NCBI RefSeq assembly: GCF_964204645.1
Contig: NC_134025.1
Span: 8,494,001 to 8,558,000 of the forward strand
Source of the DNA: Tubulanus polymorphus
Lineage: Eukaryota > Animalia > Nemertea
Length of the DNA: 64,000 bases
Direction of reading: 5' to 3'
Shown: piece by piece, positions 22,122 through 35,700 of the stretch
Numbering within the stretch: the stretch's first letter is position 1
How the letters are laid out: every line of letters starts with the position of its first letter
Translations under genes and position numbers: made by a program
Notes under the pieces: generated by a model
Told to the model about the DNA's origin: nothing
What the model saw: only the letters and a program-made list of their open reading frames with translations
The model's database searches: none

Positions 22122-22510
22122 TCGACGGGTGAAGATGTTGAAGATGGCGAGTTCGTAAACAGGCAACCAGTCTAATCTCCGATCTCAGAGTTAGTTCACA
22201 TATTTACCGTCAACCATATGTATAGCGGCAGCACTTTACGGTCCAATGTAATATCATGGTACGGGATAAATGCAATCTTGCGTAAACCCGGAAATGAAAT
22301 TTGGCAGATAAAACAGAAAACACAAGAAATTCGTTGATTATGCGATAATTTACATGTTGTTAGTAGTTTATTTGTGGTTAATGAGGTATGTAATTGTAAA
22401 AGAACAAAACCTTGACCCAGCAGCTGTGTGAGTTGTGGAATTAACTAACCAATACCATGCCCATAATTAATTTTTTCGTCATCAGGTGATGAAAATCTCA
22501 GAATCAGATA

Positions 22511-25500
22511 ATGTTACCAATTTCTAGCTGGTCTAGAGCACATCGTTTGACATTAGGAGTTTTTGTACTGCTGCTCGTTGATGTGATATGGGTTGCTTCA
22601 TCAGAAATCACTGAGGTATCAAAGACTACTGTCACAACACAACCGCAATCAGCTCAAGCGCTACAGCTGCATGATATTCATCATTGATAGCTTTATCAAT
22701 TTCAGTACATTTTCAAGGATACACATTTTGAGAAGCCGTTTTTCAGCACGTATTTGAAAACATCCCTATTTATGGTTTACCTCACTGGTTTTCTGTTTCT
22801 ACGATCATGGAGACTTTTGTGTCGCAAAGGGAACACAGTTGTCGACGTACTAGAAGATAACAGACCTACAGACTCTGATCAGCCTTTGGTGAGTTAGATA
22901 GTTTAGTGTGGTATACTGGCAACGCTACTGTGGCCCCAGGTTCACTAGTGTACAGTACAACATCAAGGCTGGATTTCTTCAAAATCAATTAAAATCTTAC
23001 ATATAAACTCATTCAAGTTTGTTTTGATGCATGATATGCCTGATCTTTGGATTAGAAGACCGAAAATTGAGATCAAAGTTACTTGAAAATGAACTGATTT
23101 TGATCAAGTTCACCTGATATCTCACTGGTGCCATCTGACAGGATAAATGATGTGCCGGTTGCACATTCTGTACATATTACACAACTTTAACGACGCTTAC
23201 GACTTCAATGATGAATAATTATATACTGCATGTTTTTTTCAGAGTGAACCAATTTATGTTCCTATTCGAACCGATGCTGATAAGAGTAGTGGAACAGAAT
23301 CTGATGATGGAACGGTTAGCGCTGGAAGTAGGAGAAGTACATATTTCTATTTCAATTACAAAGTACAATTATTTACCATGATTTAAAATTGAACAATTCC
23401 TTACTGTTCTTCAGTGTACTCCTCACTCATTCAGTGTTTTCCATTTGACAATTGAGTTAGCCAGAATCAATTATTTCTGTCTCAAACTTTTGTTCTGTCT
23501 TTGTCTTCAGGTCATGAGTCTTCAAATCGTTCTGTCAGATTCAACTCACTTTCGGAGGTGCGGCAGTTATCAGGTACATTGAGAATTGCATTTGAATCAA
23601 AGCTATGATTAATGCTAGACATTTGGATAAAAGTTAAAACTGAAAAAGAATCAGAGCTCATGAAACGTGTTTATAGTCCACTTGGCATATCAGTATTCAG
23701 CTTTCGTCTGTCCATCTATAGATAGAATCCAGTTATTTTGAAAAGTTTGTGTTTGGTTATTACATGTATCTACCCAAGACACATCTGCAATCCAAAACAT
23801 TGCAGTCATTGTTGTTCACTGAAATCAGTACCTTTTACACTTTCTTAAAATTTTTTAAGGAAATTTTGAAGACGCTTCGATCGATAAGTTTAATGTTTTG
23901 TTTGCCCTAGGGCCCTACACAATAAATTGCAAAATTATTACTACAAAAATTGCATTTTTACATTTTCTATGATTGAGGTCAGTTTCGAGGTAGGCCTAAA
24001 TTAATTGATTACTGCATTTGCTCTCCAGGGGCATTGAATAGCGAAATTGACAGATTGAAAAGCATTTCATCAAGTGGGTATGTTATCCCTGGACCCCTAG
24101 CAACTGTTCTATTTATGATATTTAGAGGATCATGCGGAGGATGCAACTCTTGCTCGACTGTCATACTCTGCCTATCAAAGAGCTGAGGAGTATAGAATGC
24201 GTTACCTGTCGAAGTTCACAGTTAGGCAGGTGGCTAAGATAGCACTTATGTTTGCAGTTCTTGTAAGTAGCAACTGTATATGGATATGCATTATACTTTT
24301 GTCATTAATGTGCGCATCATATTTTGATATTCATTATGAAGAATGAAAATGCTTTTGCCATGTGTCAGAGATTGGTAGCTGACATTTTAAATGCTTCATT
24401 ACAGTTTTTCTTTGGCAATTTTTCATACCAAGAAGCTCTTAAAAATACAGAAGCGAGCATTGTCAATGTGCTGTCAGCATCATCGAGTCTTTTTACGCTA
24501 GTGCTTGCTGCAATATTTCCCAGTTCATCCATCGATAAATTTACTCTGTCCAAACTGGTCGCTGTATTGTTCAGGTAACATGATTATCAAAATTTTGACT
24601 AAAAAATGTACAAACTCTCGATCATGATTTGCGCTGGAAGTTGAAAGATTCATGAAAATTGAATAACTTTTCTGAATATTTTAGCATGGGTGGTGTTGTT
24701 TTAGTCAGTGTATCAGATATAAACCTTGAAAATGGCATTCCACTTGGAGCTCTTTGGGCATTGTGTGGTGCTCTCTTTTATGCCACATATTTGGTGTTAT
24801 TCCGTAAAAAAGTTGACAATGAAGATCGCTTGGATATAACCATGTTTTTTGGTAAGAATTGGCAACTGTTATTTCATGTTTGGAAATCCGATGTAGCATG
24901 ACTCAAAAATTTGCATTTTCTGTTTCAGGGTTTGTTGGCCTTTTTATTTTCTTGGTACTATGGCCAGGCTTTTTCATACTTCATTTTACAAAAGCAGAAC
25001 TCTTTAACTGGCCATCAAAGATGGATTGGGTTTATTTGGTGGCTAATGGGATTATTGGCACCGTAGTATCTGAGTTGTTGTGGCTATGGTAAGAATTTCA
25101 TTATAATTTATCTGTTTTTAACCCCATCTAGGCATAGTTGACTAGCACTCACTTGAATTTAATTGGAAAATTATAGTAAAAGCTCATCTCATTTGGGTTC
25201 ATTCATACCACACTCCAATATGTATGTCTTTCAGGGGCTGCTTTTTAACATCATCACTGCTAGCTACAGTGTCATTGAGTCTAACTATTCCATTGACTAT
25301 GATTGCTGATACAGTCGTTAAAAAAGTGAGTGTTGTTCGAATTATTGATTTTGTTGTGAAAAATATTTTTCCATACTGAAAGATTTATCTTGTGTAAATT
25401 CCAGATATCATACAATTGGATGTTTTACGTTGGAAGCGCGCCAATATTTTTAGCATTCTTTGCCATCGCTGTTTTGAATCACTACGAGAACTGGGATCCA

Positions 25501-25740
25501 GTTTGTATATGCGTTAAAAAGCTCACACGCATTCATTGTTTCTGTAGAAGAAGATTAATTCCAACACCCAGGTATGTAATATTGTCAGCTGTTGAAAGAT
25601 TTCTTCTAATATGCATAAAGTATGTGACTATTGTTGAGGTGTCATAGTAAAGTTGATTATTTCAAAATACCTATTTCAGATTAATAAGAGATTTAGACAA
25701 CGAACAACGAGAAAGTTTGATAGGCATTAATCCTGACTGA
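22511..25740 (+). CDS. SLC35F5: Solute carrier family 35 member F5 (DMT-fold transporter), ~462 aa, 11 coding exons
   Basis: Exons are 22511-22615, 22706-22888, 23243-23327 (alternative donor 23336), 23511-23573, 24126-24262, 24405-24574, 24685-24851, 24929-25088, 25235-25325, 25405-25571 and 25680-25740, all GT-AG and in phase. Signature peptides are [64 protein letters not shown] and [16 protein letters not shown] probable non-coding first exon ends at 22385. Confidence 0.93.
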
Positions 25741-27143
25741 TCCAGCATATCTTGGGAGCATTAGCAGTTAGTTGTTATACATGTTTCTAAGTTACCGTAG
25801 TCAGAATGGTGCCAATATTTTATATCAGAACTGTCAGCTGACATTAATATGCCTCAAAATGGACATACTGGCAGGCAGTTGAATCAGTCAGCAGACAATT
25901 TTATCTCCTGGATGCTGGATTGTTTGAATCACATTTGTATACTTGTTTACTATATATTTGCTTATCATCCTCTACATGGTTAGCTATTATGGCAGGCATT
26001 TTCAATCAAAGATCAACACTACCGTGGCAGGTATTCGGTACAAGAACATTCAACCTGATAAATATAAGCTTTGAATTGTAAGAGGACACAATCCATGTTT
26101 CAGTATGAATAAATGATGCACTTTTTATTAGAAAAGCTTGAATGATGCAATATCCCTAAGGAATTCTTGAGAGATAGTGATATCATGTTGTGAACAGTAA
26201 AATAAGGTTGCTTCTCAGAGGAGTTCTTGGTGAATGATGAAACCAAACTGATAATGGTTGGCAAGCTACAATACAATACAATTTTTCAAAGTAAGCTCAG
26301 TCTAAGTAGCATCATGGTATTCTATTATGATAGCCTATGCAGCCTTCAGTTCTTAATGCATAAAAAAGCAATATACAGCATCTTTCCTCCATGGAAACGA
26401 TGGCTCCTAAAATTGTCTTTTACAAGCTAGATAATATCCGTATGCTAAAGTTATATATTTTTCCATGAAAAACTCTTTAAGATAATTTTCTCAGGTAATT
26501 GTTTATTGTGTATGTATATATGTACCAGTATGTATATTCGTAGGGTTTTATGATATTATTGTAAATGGCATATGTTTATTAACATGCATAACTGGCAGGT
26601 GACTGATTTTGCATGTTATCAACTAAATTTCATGAAGCTAATTTGTGTCACTAATCAGTCTGGATTGTATTTATTGTGTCCCAACCCCTATTGATAATGT
26701 CTCGAGAATGTAAGTAACTTATTTTCCATAAATGTTTCAGCGACTTGCTAACAAAATTGAGCTTCTATTTTCCGTCCTTTTAAATGTACAACGAAGTGGG
26801 AGCGAAAGAATTTAGTTTCGGCGATTTCTGGCCATTATAATAGAGAAAAAAATTGACATTGACTATTTGTTAGGCAGTGATGTAACACAAACACATGTCG
26901 GTTTAGATCAATCCCTTAGGAAATGCACTGTCTGGTGTTCTAGTCACTAAAAATTCATGTCATATGATTCTTGCAAATGTCTACCAATAATGACAATACT
27001 TGTGTATTCCTTACTGTTATCGGATAGTACCTCATGTATTGACAGAATTATGTGAAATAAATAATAATATAACAAACCTCTATATGTTTTGTCTTGATCT
27101 TTTAAGGGTTTAGAGGTGCATATCACGTGACAATGCGAATACA

Positions 27144-27578
27144 CGGTCAACCTCGCTTAATTGGGACAGTGAATTAGACATACGGATAATACATAATTCG
27201 TATTTTCTATGTATTATGTGTAATTCGTAGAATTAACGATTGATCTATTAATTCGTATAAAAACCTGTAAAGAATTGTTGCTACAGCCATTCATTGTTTT
27301 TGTTTAGACTTTAACTGGTGGGAATATGCGTTGCATGGATGTGGCACGCTCAGTGGCAATGACGGACGACTTATTGATAAGCTTGCCAATCACTGCCAGC
27401 AGGCAGAACAATGTGATACGAATTACACCTCGCATTGTTTTTTTTAAAGATACGGCTACGATTTACGAATTATCAAATGGAAATTGAAGGGTGTAACAAA
27501 GGAAAAAAATTAGGACCTTTCATTTTTATACGAATTGTAGTTATACGAATTAACTGATGAATTAAGCGAGGTTAACTG
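27144..27578. mobile_element. Tc1/mariner (pogo-like) MITE
   Basis: The left end CGGTCAACCTCGCTTAATT matches the reverse-complemented right end CAGTTAACCTCGCTTAATT. The flanks are TA on the right and CA on the left. Subterminal AATTCGTA/TACGAATT motifs are present. Confidence 0.75.
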
Positions 27579-29797
27579 TACATGTAAATTGATTTGCATA
27601 TACCAAAACTTTCAGTAGTTTGAGTTTTTAACACACTAGAAGGCCATTAATTGATGTAATGTATAAGCATTGGACAATGAGAGGGACTATTCCATTACGT
27701 CTATAACAAATGCTTATCACTCAGATTAGAAAAAAAGAAAAATATAAGAAACAGTTCTAATTGAATGTTTGTGTCTTTTTATTAACACATATACGTAATC
27801 TCAGCATAATAAAGCTGCAAAAAGATAAGTTTTGCAGGCACATTTCAAGTGCAAAGCCTTTAAAGAGAGCATTTATAGAAATAGCACACACATAATTCTG
27901 GACAAAATTCATCGCTACAGTTGCATCGAAATGGTCAAATATGAACATGGAAATATAAGTAAAAACATTAAGTAAAGACTTATCATTGAGAAAAAAATTG
28001 CAAAATTGAGATTTCTAAGAATGAGAGTTTTCCAGGACAGATGACTAGTACTAATGGGTAAATCGTAAATGACTAGATTTTGATATGACAAAATATAACA
28101 TACAATAAAATAAAATGATAGAAACCATAATAGAAATCATAATTATATTGGTGTAACAGTTTGTCCAAAAAAAGTTTTAATTTTGGGAGGACAACTTGGT
28201 TTCTTAACATGTAATGGAGCCTAAACTTGGGCATGAACTATCATCGAATATAATTGACTGTATGAATAAGAATGCTAGAGAGCCCCTAGATTTTAAGCCA
28301 CATGAAGGAATTAAAACTACTGTATCCTAGTAAAACATAACAAGACTGGTTCAACTGAGGCAAATTAACAATTCTGATTTCAGGCGGACTACATATATAA
28401 TATACCTGTAAAATACAATGTCTAAGGTTTTGAGGTGACATTCACTATAATATGTACATCATTTGATTTTACTACACTCTAAAATATATCTAATTACAAT
28501 ACAGTAACAAATTTCGTATAAAAAGATATAGAAAACATAATCGCAACAACATTTGGAAAGTTTTAATTATGAACCACACAATTTGTTAAGTGATGGTTTT
28601 GAAAATGAAGAAGACTAGACATATTACGACTAATTCTTACAACAATTTGTAAAAATAATAACATCACAACTATAGGCATTCTATATAATATACTATGTCA
28701 TCATAATAATCTTCATAGTTTATTTCATAAGCTATTTTTAGCATTGACAGTGAATTGAAAATATGATCTTACTATGACACTAGTATCACATAATGGTACA
28801 AAAGGCCTGTACAATACACCACTAAAAATTTTTAGGTTTCAAAGAACATTATAAGAGTAAAGGTCTTGAATACATCTACTGGTAAGTACATGATATACAA
28901 ATTCCAGTAACTCTATGGACATATGTCTTTTCATTCTGGTATTTTGCTGCGTTAAATTACATATCATCAATACTGAAATGAAAAGGACACAAATAAGAGA
29001 TTTTGGGGTGAATTAAAAATTCGTTTGAAATAGTTCTTGTAGGAATTCCATGAAAATAACATCCTATGATTAGCTTTGATGATGACCAATTAACCAATAG
29101 CTCGACACAACTCGCCATAATACCGGTTTATTATATGACAGAGTCTAATTTCATAGTTCACTCAGAAACAATACACTTGTAATAGCTGACTAAAATAGTT
29201 GCATGGTTTTACTTAATCGAATTGAGCTGGTAAACATCAATTCAGAAACAAATACTACGCAAGCTTGTAAAAATGGTCACATTATTGTAAATGAGGTGAA
29301 ATATAGTTTTTTAATTTTTTTGAAATATCAACTCTGAATCAGTATCAATTTATCAGCAATTCAGTGTGTACAATTATACAATTTTACCAAAAATAAATCT
29401 ACATACAATTACAATATTTTTGAAAATACATCACTCGGTTTTGAACGGTTTTATCCTCATATGAAATGAACACTCATGCACACACAATAGCAGTCAGTCA
29501 AATTTTGGAAGTTATCAATATATTTTCGCTGCATTTTGATGAAACCTCATGATGCAATGAAAGTTGCATATATGAAATCATATATGCCTTTGATTTGGAT
29601 TATTGAACAAAAAACGATTGTGTATGGGGAGTTTCATTTGACACAATTGTTTCTACGTGTGTATGCATGAACGTATAAGCTTGGTTCATATGTCCATGGT
29701 GTATGTAAAAAGATAGACAGGTGGGCTATACAAAGATCTGTTTCGGAAATGCTGCTGTGCGTATCATTTATTTGATTAGTGTATTTTTTAAGTGTCA

Positions 29798-32700
29798 TCA
29801 CACAACACTGTCCTGACGCACAAGGTCTGCTTCATGTTCAGGCACTTCGATAAGAAAAACATCGTCCGATATTGGCAGTGATAGATGATTATCGATATCT
29901 GAATCACTATCTTCCAATGACGAGGAGGATTGCGAGAGGTCTGCCGCGGAATTTAAATCTACACGTTTACTTGGACTCATTTCAGCTGGCAAATTTGAAA
30001 AATGTGGATTAACTCCTGGGAATTCTTCATTGTCATTTTGTTGTATTTTCTGTTGGGAATTGGCGCAATACTCAAATGGATCGGGAATATCTAATTGATA
30101 CTGGTTCTCCAAATGATAATTGGCACGTGAAGTACTACAGCTATTTGGTGAATATTCGCCCGCATGGTGATTTTCAGGTGTTGGCATCTCACAGCTGGCA
30201 GCTTCATTTGCAACATTTTGGAACATCGTGGGTTCAATATTTCGAGCATCAGCGGAAGCATCAATATCGATTAATGAATCTGGCTTATTATCAATACGAC
30301 TGTTCAAATTACTTATATACGTACAGCACTCTGGTTTAATGAATTCACCAGATATTTTGCGACCATCTTTGCCAAATATGTCAAACCGAACTTCTTTGGA
30401 ATCCTGGGGATTACCACCAGTACTGATGATTGAATTACGGTTATTGTCATACTCTGGCTCTAAAATTGGAGCCGAATTTGTTTCAATACATGCCTTTGTA
30501 GTGAAAATATTCAGACTGACATTGCTTTTTGGACTAGATATTGCAAGAGGGCCACAGATCTCCTTGAACTCAGTGTAGTCTAAACTTGCCGGTGTGTCAA
30601 CATAGTAACAATATCCCTCAGTTTTTGTTCTTCTCATTGGAGATTGTGCGATCGGTTGAAGTTTTTGTGAGCTACGCTTTTGAGATCCATTTGACAGTCG
30701 TTTCATACTACCTGAAGAAACACTTGACAGATCAGACATAGTCTCTGGCGTGGCCAGAGGTGCCACGAATTGCCAAGCATCACTCTGATTATCTCCTTGC
30801 AGTTCTAAACGCAAACTCTTTTTTAGAGTAACCATTTTTAATGGTTCACTTAAACTGTTACTATCCACAACATGGTTACTCTGTAGTAAAAGTATTGAAT
30901 TTTTACGACTTCCGTCAACAGTATCCGGTAGGACATCTTCCAGTGGATTTTTGTCAATGAAACTGGTTTCTGTGTAAAGTTTATGGGGTGGTGAGTGATC
31001 TCCATTTAAAGAGGGACTATCTGCTGACAACAAAGCCTTTCGTTCAGCTTCTGAGAAACGCCTTGCTGGTTTGGTTGGCCCACTACTTTTTAAAACCTAG
31101 AAAAATAAAAAAATGGATAGATTACAAGCTATTACACATAATTAAGAACTAATATTTAGTAAGACATTAGAAATTGGTCCCTAGAAATATTTTTTTCTGA
31201 GACCGATCCTTGTTGGATATTTGACAGATTTATTTTCATTGGAAAATGTATTTTGTAAAAAGCAATAAACCTAAAATTAGATAACTACTTGATACCGTCC
31301 AAATAATAAAATGTGGCATTTCATTTCTAATATACTTTGATTAATAACAATCACTGTGGGTACATGAACTTGCTGCACACTTGCCATTCATAATTGCTGT
31401 CAAGAAGCCAGTGTGCTTTGTATCTTTTTATAGCTGAGCTGAAGTTTGATGAACAATAAATGCAAAAATTCAGCTAGTGCGCAGCAAGTCATAGTATATC
31501 TGTCACCAATCAGAGCATTATACAAGAAAGAACCACAACTTGTGATGGTGTCTGTTCTCATCTCAGCAAAATGAATGCAAAAATATCAGCAGCATGAAGG
31601 TAATGAAGAAAGAAATGGATAAAAATACATCAGGATAAGAGATACGAGATTCAGAACAAAACCATCATATGAAATATTTGGCACCGGAACAGGGTCACGA
31701 GCATACAAATTCATCCTTATATCTATAGTAACAGCAAATGTTATATCCATCAAAGTTTTCAGTGAATTAGAAGGCCAATTTGATTGGGACTAGGCCTTAT
31801 CAGAAGAATTCAAACAGATAATTTCATCATCATCATCATATAACCATAGATATTTGGAAAATTATGCAATGTTAATCAATTTTTTAGTCCAAAAACAAAT
31901 CTCAAAATTTCCTATAACTTGGAACCATTGCAAAATGAAAGTGATGTATTTAAGAAGTACTACATATATAAGCAACTAATGAAAGTTAGGGTTATAAACT
32001 GGAAACCTACTGCTTAGCTTTTCTTACTTTACCGATGCCAGCAAAAACATAAAAACCATAGAAATGTAATAACATTTGAATAATAAATTAAAGGTTTATA
32101 CTAGGTAAATGAAGAATGGTCAAGAATAGTCATGTTGGCAAAAAAGAGAATTGAAGGGAAAAAAGTAAAATTCTATCAAAGATTAATCTAATAGCGATAG
32201 TAGGCAATAGGAATGACACACTGTTCCAACTCTCAAACAGAAAATCAAATGTCTGCAATTTATATTCTGGTTAAGGAAATGAAAAAATCTTTTTTAATCC
32301 AATAGCAAAGAATCAGAATTTTACTATTAAGATAACCATATCGATGGATGAAGCTAAAAGATTTAGTATGAGCCTGCATTATATATAAGGATCATTTGCT
32401 AGTGTTAAATAAAGTACCTTTACCCAGAGATTAAACAAAAATAATAATACATGTACCTCATCCGGCATGCCTTCAACAGCTTAGCTGACAACATCAATTC
32501 AACGCAAACCTTACAGGATATTCAATAATTGAACATTAAATCAATTCAATTGAATTTTAGCATCTGAATATACAACAAATACCAGTACCATATCTGCAGT
32601 TTTTCAGTTGCTTGCAATATTCAGCATAACATCAAAAACTAGGGAGATAAGGCTGGTCCGGAACCTTATTTTCAGGAATAGCAACCATCGACATTCATTG

Positions 32701-35700
32701 TAATGGAGCTTGGCATTTCAAGGGGATGGATCCTTTTCATGCAAACAAATACAGCAATTGTCCCAGCAACGTCTTCATGGTATAACATGCTTAACTAACC
32801 CACCACCTTGTCATTCAAATTTATATGAATTAATGAAAAAATGTCAGCATTTATTAAGATGTAATTCAAAACATTTTTCATCTTATCTAGCAATAAAACT
32901 AGATTTTTACAAACCATAATTGTTCAATTCATCTCATAAATCAAAAATCAACTATCTACAATAATTCTGAGGATTTTAATGTACAAAGGTGATACTATTG
33001 CACATATTATATCTATATGTTATATCAGTATAAATAAACTCCTTGGTTTTCTTTTATGTCACTGAACCGTGCCGGTAAAAAATCTTTGACCTGATTGTTC
33101 TAATATTGCCAAGAAATTAGAAAAATTACATTACAGTAAAATAAGCTGCTTTGCCTCAATTCCATTGAAATTCATGTGGTTTCTGGTATAGGATGATCTT
33201 TGTAAAAGTAGCTTCGTAATAAATCACAAAAAACCAGTTGTTTGGCGTTCACAAGTTTTAAACTAGTACTTCATAGTCTAACAAAATAATCCAGTTTGCT
33301 ATATAATTATCAATATTCAAAAGTTCAATAGATTCTATATCGCAGCAAAAAAGTTTTAGTTTTACTCAAGAAATTACACTCCGACTTATAGCACACATAT
33401 TTCCAAGGCAAGTAATCAAACATTTTTTTACCAAACAGCATGCTGTTAATAAAAGCATCGGGAAGGTCACACACTTAAGTTAAAATATTTTGGTATTATT
33501 GTTAAGATGAGCATTCTGTTATAAATATTTATATATCATCACTATTAGTTGTCGAGTTGACTAATGATCTCAACCGACCCCTTTTAAAACGCATTCATAC
33601 CTGACCATGCAAGCCTCACTACGATAACGTATATGTAAATAATATGTAATACGATTAATGATAGTAATAATGATAATGATAACTTTCTAATCTAGGTTAA
33701 AAGAGCACACGAAGGATTGAGCACTTGCTTTTCCAACGCGTCGGAACCTGGATCGTCGAGGGCATCGATTTCGGTGATAATTGCGGGCACGTTTTTATCG
33801 ACAACATCATCCTGCAGTAGCAGTACCTTCTGGAGGGCGTCGAGCACATTGTCAGGCATATGATCGTTGATCATAGTTGGTGATATAAGCACCTCATCGA
33901 AGTCTGTATTATCGGCCCAGATAGCCTGGTAAACTGGTTCAGGTGTTCTGCAGCTGCAAAGAGATAGTAAAACATTCACGATATATGTATGTACGTTTGA
34001 AAAAAATGTGCATATCCTCCTATTGCCGTAATGGCATAGCAAGGGAGTGCACAGGTACATGCACAGGTTCGCTGCATAAAATCTTGCGATGCTATTCAGA
34101 TTGCAAGTCCTATAATCGCTGATGCAAATTCACGGATCAAGTTAAAACATGTTTTCTGATTGGCTAATAATGATATCATCTAAGCTGTGCATGTACTTGC
34201 ACACTCGGACTACTCAGGGTTTCGTGCCATGGCAGTCTCAATGCCATCACTTTCGCATCCCTGCAAAAGGAGGATGCCTTTTGCCAATGAGAATGAGTTT
34301 GGAAATTAGCTTACTACCTGTAACAACTCAGCCCATGCACCAGTTAACATTCGCCGCTATGAAATAGGTGCTTTACAAATTTCACTGTTTGTTATCATCA
34401 TTATCAATTATGGAGATATTTGACTAGTTTATCCAGCTGGGAAGATAATCTACATTGGACATACATGAGGGATACCTAATACATTCTGTCTGATAAACAT
34501 TAATGTTTTAAGCAATCATAACAGTTTAGAATTGAAACACTACTGCAGAGTAATTGATGAAAACATTGCCCTCTAGAGAATTAAAATTCAAATAGAATGT
34601 AGAATGCCATTTATGTCTCTCCAGAGCAAGCAAATGGAAAGGGACAAAAATTTGAAGATATAATGCATAATTCATAAAAAAACAACGCCCATTGTTGTTT
34701 CAAGTCAAGACTAGATAAACCTGACTCAATTCTCAGAAGTTTCATGGAAATCAATCAAGAATTGCAAAATCTTGCTATCATATGTAGCAACAAATTCAGT
34801 ACAGCTGCATGGCGGCCATATTTGATATCCGATGACGTCCATTTTCAATAGGGGTAGACATCTCACCTGCCCCAATCCTCAGACCAAGTTTTATGGAAAT
34901 CCATCTAGAATTGCTGGCTGCATCTTCTTAATGTGGTCTTAAGGTGCAGGGTGCACACTGACTAAAATAAGATATCTAATGATTTAACTGTATAAAATGA
35001 TCTTACCGAGACCCTTTCGGATGATTGCGCACAATATGTATGATTTTACCAGGTGGGAAAAGAGGTGTATGCCTCGTTAGCGCCACCTGTGAATCACATG
35101 GATGGACACTTGTTTCACGTTCTTTTTCTAGTTGAAAATCGAAACCTTCTCCATCTTTATCACTACAGCAACCACATACAACACTGCCAAATATTATTTT
35201 CCACTGGAAAAATACATTAATTTCTTTGATAACCCATACCATGATTTGAATAAGTTCACTCATTTTGAGCTTTGACCAACTTTATTTGGTAATGTAAGAT
35301 ATTCAAACCGATAACTGCGTCTATTCACCTTTGGATGGGTACTTTTCTTGATTACATTAATGAGATCAGATCTAAGGGCTTCCATTTGAGAAAGACCAAT
35401 TCTACAAAATACGAACATCAGTTCAATAGTGGGAGAGAAAAGGTGATTAGTTCACTAATGCTGCTACTACGAATTGAGCAGCTTTTGAAATTCTCTAGAA
35501 ATTCGATGGCTGCACAAAGCTTATCACTAATCAGTAACTGAAATTCCAATCAAACTGTTAAGTACATAACTAAATGGAAGAGGGCGTCAGACTTCAATTT
35601 CTTGAATCTTTTTAATTGATGAATCAATTTTTTAGATCCTGGCAGAAGCACTAACAACACGTCAATTGGATGTTACTATATGTATACAGCTGTATGGTGT

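Noticed and set aside
22040-22140. tRNA gene suggested by GGTTCGAATCCC
   Set aside because: There is no acceptor, D or anticodon arm, and the A-box abuts the B-box, so it cannot fold as a tRNA.
30076-30578. Plus-strand ORFs opposite the last DAGLA exon
   Set aside because: They are antisense shadows with no recognisable motifs.
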